Below, piece after piece: positions 37,745-51,023 of a stretch of 64,000 bases of DNA. The stretch's first letter is position 1; the number at the start of each line of letters is the position of its first letter. The position numbers and the translations under genes are program-made. A model generated the notes under the pieces. That model made no database searches and was not told the DNA's origin. It was given only the letters and a program-made list of their open reading frames with translations. The stretch covers positions 32,054,001 to 32,118,000 of the forward strand of contig OX597814.1 of assembly GCA_951406725.2 (NCBI GenBank). The letters are read 5' to 3'. The stretch is from Octopus vulgaris. Taxonomy: Eukaryota.

Positions 37745-39319
37745 CACAGCCTTCCAGAGGTGTTAAGTAAGTAACATTGGCCAACACATATAATATATGA
37801 AAATATTATTTTACACTTCTTAGCATATTACAAATTAAGTGAAAAATGGTATACCTGCTTCTAAATTTCACAATACAATTACACAAAGGGCTATTTTTGT
37901 AAACATAAAATCTGTTGAATCGACAGTCTTCTTCTGCTACGATATTTTAAATCTGTATTAACAATGGTTTATTATATTAAATACAGAATAGTAAAACTTG
38001 AATGAACCTCACTCGCCAATGAAGAAGCTTAACCATATGAACATTTTATACTTAAACGGTTGGCGATAGAAACCTCCATGAATTACCTTTGATTCTACTG
38101 CTTCACTTTCATTCTATTATGTGTTTTCAGTGTGTAATTGAAAGACATGTAAACCCAAATCCCTGCAGTCTCAAACGATCGTATACAGCCGTTAGCAAAA
38201 ACTAAGGAATCTAAGAATTAAAAGTACTATTTTAATACTTGCTCATGTTGTTCAAATTACTGTTGTTAATCATCAAACCATGTCTCATTCACCAAGACTA
38301 TATTCAGAACAATTCAATCAGGGCTATCCATTTTCTCTTTTAGTTAGGGTTCATTTAGGATTTAGAAATTTATCTAATATAGTAAATGAAAATGAAGTTG
38401 AAATTCTGACAAACTTTGATGTAAATGAGTTGAATGTAAAGATGCCGGGAAAACTTGAATAAAAATGCATTAAGCTGATTACTAAAATACACTGGAGGAA
38501 ATGTTAACAGTATTTAGCTACTATTTCATAGAGGTTTGAGTTACCCTTGTTAACTCGTACTCAATAGAGAAAAGTAAGTAAAACCAAAATGGATATAACA
38601 TAGACTTCAGTAAATTAATTTAAGGTAGATTTATTCCTCTAATCTGTGTTCAAATCCCGTCAAAGGCCAGGTTGTCTTTCGTTACAGCCTGATCGATATT
38701 GTAAATAACTTTTCACTGAATATTGGAAACTAAATATTGCACCTGTGAGACTGCTAAGATGGAAAGCTTCTTACACTGCGAATAGAAAAGTTTAATAACT
38801 TTTATATGTTTCAGGTGCAAAAGCTAGTCATCCGAATTGAACGGTCAAAAGATGTAAGTCTATATAGTAACGGCCACGTTGAACACTCTACGGAAAGCCA
38901 TTCCGCGACCCCCGTGTGAGGGCAACAAGCATACTACATTCATCTTTTGTTACCACAACCACTAACACACACACACCGTGATGGTGTGGGGTCACTTCCG
39001 GCACAAAAAACAATATGGTGGAACTGCATAGACATATTTCTTGACTGTTTACATCTAACGATCGGTCTTGTTTCTGAAATACAGAGAGGTTATCAAACGT
39101 TTATCATTTTGCTTTGTAAGAAGCTCTCCATCTTCATTCTTTAGATATTTTTCTTTTTTGTCACAATGATCCAGGTAAATTACAATATTCTAATAATCAC
39201 GTGGTAGTGAACAGTGCACTGTATGAGTTAAAATCTTCAACCACAGACGAGACAGCTGCACGGTTTCAATTACGACAATAAATCAGTTAAAAGTATCTAC
39301 ATTCTATTCCTTTAGAATA

Positions 39320-39727
39320 TACTCTTTACTCTTTTACTTGTTTCAGTCATTTCACTGTGGCCATTCTGGAGCACCCCCTTTAGTCGAGTAAATCGATCCC
39401 ATGACTTATTCTTTGTAAGCCTAGTACTTATTCTATCGGTCTCTTTTGCCGAACCGCTAAGTTACAGGGAGGAAACACACCAGCATCGGTTGTCAAGCGA
39501 TGTGAGGGGGGGACAAACACAGACACACAAACATATACACATACACATATGTCTATACATATATACGACGGGCTTCTTTCAGTTTCCGTCTACCAAATCC
39601 ACTCACAAGGATTTGGTCGGACTGAGGCTATAGTAGAAGACACTTGCCCAAGGTGCCACGCAGTGGGACAGAACCCTGGACCATGTGGTTGGTAAACAAG
39701 CTACTTACCACACAGCCACTCCTTCGC
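39320..39727 (-). mobile_element. SINE family A
   Basis: Reverse complement match to the family consensus. Confidence 0.9.
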
Positions 39728-40277
39728 ATTTTATATCTAGTTCGTGCTCCGATATCATTATGGAATCTCAATTTACATGTTTCATAATATATTTCTGTAA
39801 TTTGAAAAAAAACTGCCTAATTTCTCTTGTTAGAAGTTAATGCTGTAGTTCAAGAGATTATTTCTTTTCTTTTTTTCTCTTTTCTTTGTTTCCTACAGTA
39901 TATTTTAGCAGTTAGCCTAAGGCACTTTCATTTCGTATTGCCAAACATCTTTATTTTTAACTCATTTACATCAAAGATAGTCTGAAATTTGCTTTCAATA
40001 TTTTTTACATTTTTATATTTACTTAATTCAACATGAATTATATACGAAATAAGCAAGTATAAATTTATGTCTGGCAATTATCCTGATTATTATACTAAGG
40101 GTTAATTGCATTCTTAACCCAACTCAAAGTAAAAAAACAAACAATAATAATAACATGGATTAACAAATATAAAATTTCGACGTTCAGTCGCAGGCCGAAA
40201 TAAATTAATGACCTGACGTGAAATTTTTGAGATTGAAAAAATAAGTGTCTCTCCCTCAATTACTCGCACTCAAACAC

Positions 40278-40334
<57 letters not shown>

Positions 40335-40751
40335 AAAAAAGAAATAGTATATATACGTATGTACTTGATGTGTACGGAAATATACATATACAAAGGTATA
40401 CATATATTCGTTTGTATATACACATAAATGTTCCCATGTGTATATGTATACGTATAATATTAAGTATGAAATTGAATTAGTGTCGGTGTATGGGTGTGTG
40501 TATGCCTATGTATTATAACGCTCGTCCAATTACGAAGATAGAGGAAAATAAGTTTCACACGAAGTATTTTGCTGCGTAATGAACGTCTTTCGATGTGGCG
40601 TATAATACAATTTAGAAAATCGGATAAGTTCATGATCCTTGGATGGCAAAGGAACTACTGGAAATACTACACTATTCGATATCTTCAACAAGAAAAGTTT
40701 CTAGTCTTTAACGGTGAATAACATATGGATGTTTATAGTGTTTGTGTGCAT

Positions 40752-40803
<52 letters not shown>

Positions 40804-40942
40804 TATATTAAATTAGAGATAAAACCACTATTAGGCAAATCAAATAATGAAAAACTTAAGCCAATACATAAAATTAATTAATTTATATTATTTTAAATAT
40901 ACATCAAAAGTATTAAAAGTTTAATAAAAGATAATGAGTAAA

Positions 40943-41019
40943 ACACTACGATCGTTTCATGGCTGTCCAATTCGTAATAATTCGAGTTATGGTTATGGTT
41001 ACAGTCAATCTTCAGGTAA
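40943..41019 (-). ncRNA. Type-I hammerhead motif with extended stem II (decayed), inside a repeat related to 33025-33180
   Basis: Minus strand: UAC-CUGAAGA-uUGaCUGU...ACAGcCAu-GAAA-CGAUCG-UA-GUG. The adjacent sequence aattagagataaaaccactattaggcaaatcaaa matches 33030-33065. Confidence 0.65.
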
Positions 41020-41088
41020 TTGAAATATTTATCTTAGCGAGGTTTAGCAATGAAATATATATATATGAGTGTATATGTTTTTGCGCTT

Positions 41089-41490
41089 GTGGCTGTGTGG
41101 TAGGTAGCTTGCTTAACAACCACATGGTTCTAGGTTCATTCCCACTGCGTGGTACCTTGGGCAAGTATCATCTACTATAGCCTCGGGCCGACCAAAGCCT
41201 GGTGAGTTGATTTGGTAGACGGAAACTGAAAATACGTCGTATATATATATATATATATATAGATATATATATGTGTGTGTGTGTGTCTGTGTGTGTGTGT
41301 GTATGTGTTTGTCACCCCAACATCGCTTGACAACCGACGCTGGTGTGTTTACGTCCCCGTAATTTAGCGGTTAGGCAAGAGAGACTAATAGAATAAGTAC
41401 TAGGCTTACAAAGAATAAGTCCTGGGTCGATTTGCTCGACTAAAGGCGCATCAAATAACTGAAACGAGTAAAAGAATAAAGAGTAAGAGT
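41089..41490 (+). mobile_element. SINE family A
   Basis: Consensus match, slightly 5'-truncated. Confidence 0.88.
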
Positions 41491-41531
41491 ATACCGTATA
41501 TATGTATATATTTATATACATACACACACAC

Positions 41532-41604
<73 letters not shown>

Positions 41605-41611
41605 TATATAT

Positions 41612-41856
41612 TCTTTTACTCTTTACTCTTTTAATTGTTTCAGTCATTTGACTGTGGCCGTGCTGGAGCACCGCCTTTAGTGGAGCAAATCGACCCCAGG
41701 ACTTATTCTTTGTAAGCCTAGTACTTATTCTTTCGGTCTCTTTTGCCGAACCGCGAAGTTACGGTGACGTAAACACATCAGCATCGGTTGTCAAGCGATG
41801 TGGGGGGGTCAAACACCGACACACAAACACACGCACATACACACACACACACGCAT

Positions 41857-41899
<43 letters not shown>

Positions 41900-42060
41900 C
41901 GACGGGCTTCTTTCAGTTTCCGTCTACCAAATCCACTGAAGGCTTTGGTCGGCCCGAGGCTATAGCAGAAGACAGTACCCCAAGGTACCACGCAGTGGGA
42001 TTGAACCCGGAACCATGTGGTTCGTAAGCAAGCTACTTACCACACAGCCATTCCTACGCC
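41612..42060 (-). mobile_element. SINE family A (tail-to-tail with the previous copy)
   Basis: Reverse complement consensus match. Confidence 0.9.
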
Positions 42061-42081
42061 ACCCCTATATATATATATATA

Positions 42082-42305
42082 TTAATTCTTTAATTCTTTA
42101 AATTGTTTCAGCTTTAAAGCTGCTGTCACACTGGAGGCAGTACTATTGATTGTGCTACACCATTATTTGAAACCCCCTCTGCCATGTGGGATTCGATGAA
42201 TGAGGCTGGTTGATGCTGCCACCCTCATCTGTGTTTCCTGTCGTTCGGTAGGTTTTTTCTTGAACCCTTGACAGGAGGAGATCCAGCTTTGTTTTGAAGA
42301 AACTA
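42082..42305 (-). mobile_element. CR1/L2-like LINE 3' end
   Basis: Minus strand reads FFKTKLDLLLSRVQE..(fs)..QMRVAASTSLIH, matching the invertebrate CR1-type C-terminus 'FK..LD..L..VPD.P...RAA.SNSL'. Tail ctccagtgtgacagcagc...ctgaaacaa(ttaaagaa)n. Confidence 0.6.
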
Positions 42306-42334
42306 ATGTATATGTATATATATATATATATATA

Positions 42335-42560
42335 TCACGTGTCTACCAGGCTATCAAATATTGTTATGCATCGACGTTTACAATGCATTTTTGCATCGTT
42401 TTAGCTTCTAAATGGTCCCACCTCGCTGGCTCGGTGAGCAGGCCAGCATCACCCCAGCCACGGATTTGAAAACTAGTCCATCGCACTGTTACCTACTTAC
42501 AGCCGAGTGGACAGGCGTAACGTGAAATTAAGTGTTTTCCCGAAGAACTCAACATCCAGG
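42335..42560 (-). mobile_element. Decayed CORE-like SINE
   Basis: Minus strand contains gaaaacacttaatttcacgttacgcctgtccactcggctgtaagtaggta, a CORE-domain-like sequence. A similarly decayed copy may lie at ~45780-45960 (+). Confidence 0.45.
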
Positions 42561-42947
42561 CAACCTGGGAACCGATGCTCCAGCCTCACGTTTGGTCTGT
42601 CTTTACATTCCAGAGAGGTCGACTTTGAATTCATCCTTTAGGTGGGGTCGATAAAATAAGTACCAATCGAGTACTGATGTTGATGTCATCGACTTACCTC
42701 TTCCTCGAACTGCTGTTCTTGTGCCAAGAATCTGAAACCAATACGTTTGTACATATATACATGTGTGTGTGTATTTGTGTGTAAGTGTGTGTGTGCAAAA
42801 ACACATCACACACATACATTACTACATACATGGGGAAATATTTATCCTTATATGCTTCTATCCAAGCTTTTTCCTGTGCGTGAGAAAGAGAGAAAGAGAG
42901 AGGCAGAGAGACAGAGAGAGAGAAAGAAAGAAAGAAAGAAAGAAGGA

Positions 42948-42986
<39 letters not shown>

Positions 42987-43937
42987 GAAGAAAGAAAGAA
43001 AGAAAGAAAGAAAATTGTATGTGTGTGCTGGTGTGTTAATGTGCTTCAATCCATTCACTTCATTACCGACTGATCCGCCTACGGTGAAGACATTTTGTTT
43101 GAGAAAAGAAAATGTCTTAAAGAAATACCTTTGACTGCTTTCGCTAAAATTTCGCCTCTGCTTCGAGCGATAGCTGACTGGCTGTACTGAAGCAAATTTA
43201 GAAAACATTAGATGAACTAGAATGGTGTGGAGAGAAATGGAGTGGTATGGTGAGAAACTGGCTGTATGTTTAATCATAATTTATATGGAGACTTGGGAAT
43301 AAATGGCAGTTAATTGATCGGGAAGAATCGCTTGCTTTTGATGTGGAAATTTATTTTCGTCGTTGTGTTTTGTTTCGATTTCTTTTTTTTTTTTGCGTGT
43401 GTGCTAACGTTATATCTTCTCATTGATTGACTTGATTAAATTCGTATAAGGAAATGGTTCTAAAAACTATCAAGGCATCTTGTGTAAATTTAGCCGGTCT
43501 TCTTAATGTTAGTTACAGGCACAATCCGTCCGAATGAAAGACGAAAATGTTGCTAATATAATACGAAGTCAGAAAGCAGTGGAGTGAATAAAAGAGAAAA
43601 TTGCACTACTAAATATGTTTCGTTGTTTAGCGACATCCCTTCGCATCGTGAATTGAATGAACTTCGGCTGCAATCGATTTCGTCTATTCAATTTAAATAA
43701 CATGATGATTTGTGTGTCGTTATAAACAAAGAACTTTCATACTGTAATTCCACAGTTCTGCAACTTTACCAAACATAATAAATGATCATTGCATCGGTAC
43801 TTACAGAATTATCATTCTCATACAAGGCTTGGATAGCCATTCTACACACCCGTACGTAGACTGTATTGGCATTTTGTACGACTAAAAATTTTAGCTAAAT
43901 TCAATCTTATAATCTTTAATCTTGTTATATACTTTTT

Positions 43938-44314
43938 GTGGAGGTGCAATGGCCCAGTGGTTAGGGCAGCGGACTCACGGTCGTAGGATCGTGGCTTTGA
44001 TTCCCAGACCGGGCGTTGTGAGTGTTTATTGAGCGAAAACACCTAAAGCTCCACGATGCTCCGGCAGGGATGGTGGTGATCCCTGCTGTACTCTTTCACC
44101 ACAACTTTCTCTTATTTCCTGTTTCTGTTGTACCTGTATTTCAAGTGGCCGGCCTTGTCACTCTCTGTGTCACGCTGAATATCCCCGAGAACTACGTTAA
44201 GGGTACACGAGTCTGTGGAGTGCTCAGCCACTTACACGTTAATTTCACGAGCAGGCTGTTCCGTTGATCGGATCAACCGGAACCCTCGTCGTCGTAACCG
44301 ACAGAGTGCTTCCA
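43938..44314 (+). mobile_element. SINE family D
   Basis: Near-identical to the reverse complement of 30286-30670. Flanks ttatatactttt / ttatataatttt are TSD-like. Confidence 0.92.
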
Positions 44315-44454
44315 TTATATAATTTTATTAAATATGCCCTCGCACTCTGATTTGTACTCAGAATGGTTTATGATATTTTTTTCAATAATTTTTCCTAGTT
44401 AATTCTCTTTGTATATGTATGTGTGTGTGTGTGTGTGTGTATTACTTACGAAAG

Positions 44455-44605
44455 TTTAATTCGGTTGCATGTAACTTCAAGCTTCGATGGCCACTATCTA
44501 GAACCCGACTACTTCAGGGTTCTGGGATGCCGAAAAAAATCCTGGAAGCATCAGGTTCTCGTTAGGGGCCATCGAAACTTCAAGTAGCATGGAAACGGAT
44601 CAACA
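44455..44605. repeat. Imperfect ~150-bp fold-back (MITE-like hairpin)
   Basis: Left arm catgtaacttcaagcttcgatggccactatctagaacccga versus the reverse complement of the right arm catgctacttgaagtttcgatggcccctaacgagaacctga. Confidence 0.75.
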
Positions 44606-44681
44606 GTATTAAATAATACATGTGATTCCTACTAAATATGTTGTTTGTCATTTGTTTCTTTTGTCCTTTCACTTATATATA

Positions 44682-45520
44682 CGGAGGGTCCGATGGGCAA
44701 ATTGTCACCATTTAATATTTTGAATTTCGTGCATGTACATAGTTTGTTTTTGATTTTGTCGACCACAGAGTATTGTAGGGTCAGTTGGGCGGCCTCTGTG
44801 AGAAAAACAGCACTATGACACAATTCACACTGCCAGACATTTAGAAACGACATTCTGTACTGCCCTGCATTCCCGCCGGAAACTCCAATATGAAGATTTC
44901 AGAGTGTTGGGTGTCAATCTGAGGACAGTGCAATGTCAGGACATGTACCGAGAGTGATACAGATCAAACTTACAGTCATCATCATGGTGTTTGGAGTTAT
45001 CACTAGTGATGGCGATGTTATGTCTCCATTCTTCTTCCCACACGACCTTAGACTCCACACAGAGACCTACATCAAATGCCTGGAGAAGGTAGTGCTGCTC
45101 TGGGTAAAGAGGAGGGGGTGCTGCTAGAAGACCCTATGTCTGGCAACAAGACACTGCACTATTCCACACGAGCAGGAGAACCTAGCCATGTTTGTCAGAC
45201 AATTTCTGCGACCGCATCACCTCTAACATTTGGCCACATAACTCACCAGATTGCAGCCCACTTGATTATTATGTGTGGGCGCAGTTGAGCGAGAGAAAAC
45301 GAAACTCCTTTTAGCACCAAAAATGAAGTAAAGGCAGCATTCACTAATTTAAACAAGGAGACCTTCCAGAAGAGGTGATGGAGATTCCGAATCGTCTGGA
45401 GACTGTGGTTGAAGTCAATGGCGATTTTATTGAATGAATTTACTCTTTGGTATTTCAAAATATTTTTATGTAATTTTGGTAAATATATCAATTAAAATAA
45501 GATGTCAGTGTTATTTTCAT
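44682..45520 (+). mobile_element. Internally deleted maT/DD37D-like (Tc1/mariner superfamily) transposon
   Basis: IMVFGVITSDGDVMSPFFFPHDLRL..ETYIKCLEKVVLLW...RPYVWQQDTA..HTS...IWPHNSPDCSPLDYYVW across frameshifts. TA precedes the left end; no right TIR recognised. Confidence 0.8.
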
Positions 45521-45537
45521 GTTTGCATAAACAGTAT

Positions 45538-45589
<52 letters not shown>

Positions 45590-46146
45590 ATATATGTGTG
45601 TGTGTTTGTGTGTGTGTGTGTGTACATACCTACATACATATGTACATGCATACATACATACATCTTCATGCAATTATAGCATTATATATGTGTATGTATA
45701 TTAAGGCATATACGTGTATGTGTTCGTGTGGGTGTGTGTGTGTCTGCGTGTCTGTGCATGCGTTTGTGTGCGTACGGAGATGTCTGGCTTCGTGATTACG
45801 TGGTTGCTCTCATGATTGCAAGAATGTGGATTCGACTTTTAGATCGGGCCACGCAGTCTTGAACAAAACATTTCATTTAAAATTCTTCTAGTTAACTTAA
45901 CAGGCTAAAATGAATAATTTAGCGACGAACAAGCGTCGCGTCCGGGGTGCAGGTGGAATATAGACATCACAGAACGCAATAAGCAGGAAAACGTGTACCT
46001 GTCCTTATGTTCCCATCGTTCTATAGTTGGTTAATGTCATATACAATACAATTGCAGAAATATCTCTTTTGTGAACAAAACAATTTCTTCCCGTCCATAT
46101 CAGGGATGTCAAACCCATTAAAGTTTCTCAGAAAATATTTGATACT

Positions 46147-46372
46147 TATTACTTTTGTTTATTTCTTTATTGCCCACAAGGTGCTAGACATAGAGGGGAC
46201 AAACAAGGACAGATAAAGGGATTAAGTTGATTACATCGACCCCAGTGCGTAACTGGTACTTAATTTATTGACCACAAAAGGATGAAAGGCAAAGTCGACC
46301 TCGGCGGAATTTGAACTCAGAATGTAACGGCAGACGAAATACCGCTAAGCATTTCTGCCAGCTCGCCGCCTT
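46147..46372 (-). mobile_element. SINE family B (monomer)
   Basis: Consensus match. TSD atatttgatact at 46135-46146 / 46373-46384. Confidence 0.9.
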
Positions 46373-46706
46373 ATATTTGATACTATTTAGTTCCGGTTCT
46401 TTACAATCTGAATTCAAATCTCGCTGATGTCATCTTTGCTTTTCGTCATACCATAAATTATAGGAATAAAACAGTGATGAATTTAATTACCTAATACTAG
46501 TGTCTCTCACTCACAGAGTTCTTCAATGAAGAGACCACGACTGAGAATCCCTGTGAAATCTTCCTTGCGCTGCTTTTGATTCAGGAGGGGCTTGGGGAGT
46601 AAATTTCCCTTAAAGTAGTACTCCCAAGACAAGCAGCTACAGAAGGTATTACTAGTTTTTTAAAGACATTATATGATCGGTCATTCTCACACATATCCTA
46701 TGTAGC

Positions 46707-46804
46707 GAGAAGAAGAAGAAGAAGAAGAAGGAGAAGGAGAAGAAGAAGAAGAAGAAGAAGAAGAAGAAGAAGAAGAAGAAGAAGAAGAAGAAGAAGAAGA
46801 AGAA
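46707..46804. repeat. (GAA)n microsatellite
   Basis: Directly visible. Confidence 0.95.
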
Positions 46805-48849
46805 CTCAACATAGCTACTGAAACTCAGCACTGTGAGATAATGTTGACGAAGATTTCGTAGACATACAGGCCTAAGTTCGAATGCAATAGCTGCGATAGA
46901 TAAACATCTTATTCGGGTTAAGACGTAATTCAACTACTAACGTATTACAAACTATGGGGCAGTATTTCACAACACCTTAAATAAATGAAGCAGATAAAAA
47001 GAAATGGTAATAATATATAAAGCTATAGATTATAACACTCCTCATCTACGAAGTTTTTCTTTAGTTGGCATTATAATTCTCCTTGTAGCAAGTTTGTACT
47101 TTGTCACTTACATAGTGTTCGTGTAGCTGTTCAATTAAATTTGTCACCCTAATTTATTCTTAATATATCTAATTGATCAATAATTGTTCGTTGTCTTTTC
47201 TTATGTTTAACACCAACTTTCTCTATTATTTTGTTATTTCTCCAATAGTTTTTTTTTCATTAAACTTAACACCTGAATATTATCTACCTATCTTCCGATA
47301 GAGAAACTGTCAGCCTAAAGATTATCAATTTTTCTGTTTAACCGTACTATTTTCTTCGTATTTGTTACTTGAAAACGTGACAAGTATGCAAAATAATAGA
47401 AACAATGAGAAAAAAAATCTACGACCTACAACATCATTGTCACCATCAAATTCCCCAAATACTTAGTTGAAAAATGTTCACCTGTTTATGTTAGATTGCA
47501 AGAGATAAAGCTACAACTATTTGCAACGAAACAGAAATCTTCAGGTTCGATTTCATTTCATTCTCTTTGGTATTTTTCAGATTCAATTCATTATGTAATT
47601 GTTTCCGAACAAGATTACCCGTTTTCTGTTTTTAAACGTATCGTTTAATGCGGACTGCTTGCTATAAATTTGTAACTTAGATCAAAGTTTTCTATAATCA
47701 CATCCACGAAATAGTTTAAACTTAGTGTGGCAAATATACCACTCAAGGATATGCTCTGCCAGTTCTCGTAGCTATGAAACTGTCCCAGTAAGGATTACTT
47801 GTTGCTCGGTGGGCTAAACCACGAAAAATAAAATGTCTTGTTTTTGAACGCGGTGAAGCAGAATAAACTGTATATGACCAATTTAGTTCTTAATCATCTG
47901 TTTTCTTAATATACGCAGTCATTGACGTGTATCTACATACTTGCTGAAAGTGGGAGCAATCGACAGCCCACATTGACGAGAGACCATATATTTGTATCAG
48001 ACAATTTAATTTTCTGAAAGCTGGTGCGACAGGACAGGAACAATTCGCCGATATATAAGTCGGTGACAGAATAGGAACAACTCGCTGATATATAATCGGC
48101 GCCGCAAAAACTTGAAACAAGTGCAAAACATACTGCCAAGTTCACTTATCTGGAAAAATAGTATAAGTTTCGAGAACGTCAGACATCAAATTATTAGATA
48201 ATACTAGATATCAAACTCTGAATACCACCTGAGAAGTTCTCTTGTTCAATATACACGCAAGGAATAGCTAAATACTCCTTCTGGTGTAATCAAAGCAATC
48301 AGTAAGCAAAATGGTTGTAGAAATTCTCGCAGCGAACGAAGATTTTGGATGCGATAGACGTATAAATATAATTAGCTGTTGGAAAACAAACATGAAATTA
48401 AGTCAAAGAAATGTTCAGGCACCTCCTCTAATATAAATAGATTTTTTATTGGGGTTGATTTAAAGCTGTGGAGAGGATAGTTCCAACGAAAGTAAGCTAG
48501 AATGAGAAACTAGAGAGGAAGACGTTTAGGAATCTGTTATCTTTAGAGACTTCAAATAGGATCCGACGTAAAAGCTCCTAGGCCAACAAACAGATCGTTA
48601 AAGACAGTCAAGTTATTTTCATATGCCCTTATAAAGGTTACCTGCGTCACCTCTGGATATCCTCTTGCTTATTTTGATTTTAATCACCGTATTTTGAAAC
48701 TGTATGGATATTACCGTACTAAATTCTGGTGTCTCAACTTAAGTACCTAATTCATCTGAATTGCTACATTACTAAAAATACGAACTAAAATGTGCTAACG
48801 CTATAGTTCTCGCCCATGAATGAAAACATATACGCGAACAAGGACCTGA

Positions 48850-49468
48850 ATCGCCCGAAAAGTGCGTCCATCGGATTAGGAAGTCATCTAAGTAACATTT
48901 CCAGTTTTTCTAGTAGATATTTCAAGCCATATATTTAGATTGTTCATATATCTGGACTTCTATGAATGCCATGACTTGATTTGGCTTAAGTCGGATCAAC
49001 TTTTTTCTCAATCGCAGTCCCAAATATTTGTTTTTAAATATTGCCATCGAAGTCAAAATAGTTGTTTTCGAGGATAAACTTTAATCCTACAGTGTTGAAG
49101 CACTTTTCAGTTCTGTCTGGAATTTCATGAGGGTTTTACCCAAGTCAGACATTTATTGCCTCTAGTCCATATTGGGGTAGGATTATGGTATCGATGTTTA
49201 TCACGTCAAAAGATACAATAGTGGTAACATTGTATATGTATTTTGAGATGTGGTTTAACAGGTCCAGGTCGATGTATGTATTTTATAATAGGTTTTAGTA
49301 ATATATCTGAAACGTTGCTAAGTCTGTGTGTTTCAAAAGTTCGGGCCTGCTGCGATTGCTGTAAATTTAAGATCGGTGGGATATTGTATGTTTATGCAAC
49401 TTGTACTTGGTTATTTACTTGTATCTTTTGCATTGCTGGTTCTTTACATGTATTCTTTACATTGTTGG
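48850..49468 (-). pseudogene. Penelope-like reverse transcriptase, N-terminal part (inverted)
   Basis: Minus strand: DLKFTAIAAGP..ETHRLSNVSDILLKP...IVSFDV...YGLEAI...FILENNYFDFDG..KQIFGTAI...WKCYLDDFLIRW (motifs A, B, C). Confidence 0.85.
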
Positions 49469-50040
49469 TTCTTTACGATTTCGAAAATCTAATCAACAGC
49501 ATAAAAAAAATAATATTAACTTTAACATGGATTACAGTAAAACCCAACTACCATTCTTGGATATACTAATCATCAACAGAGATAAAAGTATTGGAACATA
49601 TCTTCACTACAAACAAACAGATTCTAAACAACACTTTTCTCCTCATGCCATCGCAAACGCACGAATTATGATATCATCTTTAATCTAGCAAGCAAAATCT
49701 GCACACATGTCTCAAACTCTGATATTCACAATAAAAGATTCCAGGAATTAAAACAAGTATAATATCCATTAATGTTAATAGACATCAGAATAGGAAGTTG
49801 CAAAGCAATAAACATCGAAGAACTAAGAAAAGTGAAAAACTCTCCAGCTACATCCAATTCTCTAACCTTTATCACAACACACAACCCATGAAACACAGAG
49901 GTTTACAATTTTATCCACCAGAACATCGTACTACTAAAACAAGACCCAAGAATGAAGCAAGCATTCGAAATATACAAAATAATCAAAAGTAAAAAACAAT
50001 GTCCCTCACAAAATTCCTCACTATTGCTAAAATACCTGTA
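49469..50040 (+). pseudogene. Penelope-like reverse transcriptase, C-terminal part
   Basis: FENLINS..NINFNMDYSKTQLPFLDILI...LHYKQTDSKQ...SCHRKRT..DIIFNLASKICT (motifs D/E and thumb). Confidence 0.85.
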
Positions 50041-50987
50041 ATTGTGGAGTCGGTTTAGATTAGTCCCCGAAGATTAAACTTCTCCAAGGATTTTAATCCC
50101 TGACCAACCCCCACCTGGTAATTTTTGTAATAGGACTGCATATTTAAGTGTATACTTTTCTTCAAATAAATTTGTGTTCAATTTGAGAGAAATTTAGCTG
50201 CTAATTAAATATTAAACATTGGGTCTAAAAGAGTCCCGTTAATTGTAATGGTAATACACCCTCTTTAAGGATGTTGACAATGATGTTTGTGATGTAGTCA
50301 TCCACGATATGAGGATGAATAAATATGATGATTGAGTTAAGTTACACGTAGGGTCGGTCACGAAGTATATGTAATCACGCTAGTTTTCATTCCCAAATTT
50401 GTTAACATTTTATTCAAATATATGATATAAACATACCATGTAATTCTTTGGGAAATTTATCACTATTTCGTCTTATAATTTATCCTTGTTCCTTATTGTT
50501 GAAGGGTTTCTTGCGTTGTTTTTATAGTGTTGTTTTTCATATAGATTTTAATTTCATTTCATACAATCCTATATATATTTATTTAATTTTTCCTACCGTT
50601 TAGAAATGCGCGTGTGGAAATTTCAGCGATATCAACGGATATTTCAAAATAGAGTTTCTGGTTATTTTGTTTGTTTTTTTTTTCATTGATTTGCACCAAC
50701 TATATTTATTATACACTATACATATACATATGTATATTGTAATTTCATACTATAGTTATGATGTTATTTTACAGATTATTATCTGTTATTTTATATTCCA
50801 TACGTGTATATAGAAAAAGATACTTAAAAGATATACAGGGGAGAAGGGGGAAAGTAAAAGATGAGGAATAACGTATGAAGTGTATATTTCTTTAAGGTTT
50901 CGTAAAATATTCTACGTATTTACGTATTAAACACGTATTAACTTATATATACCTATAAACTTAAACGATCATATATATATATATACA

Positions 50988-51023
<36 letters not shown>

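Noticed and set aside
48040-48165. Repeated cgacttatatatcggcg-like motifs resembling pogo/Tigger subterminal repeats
   Set aside because: No matching opposite TIR or transposase trace; too decayed to call.
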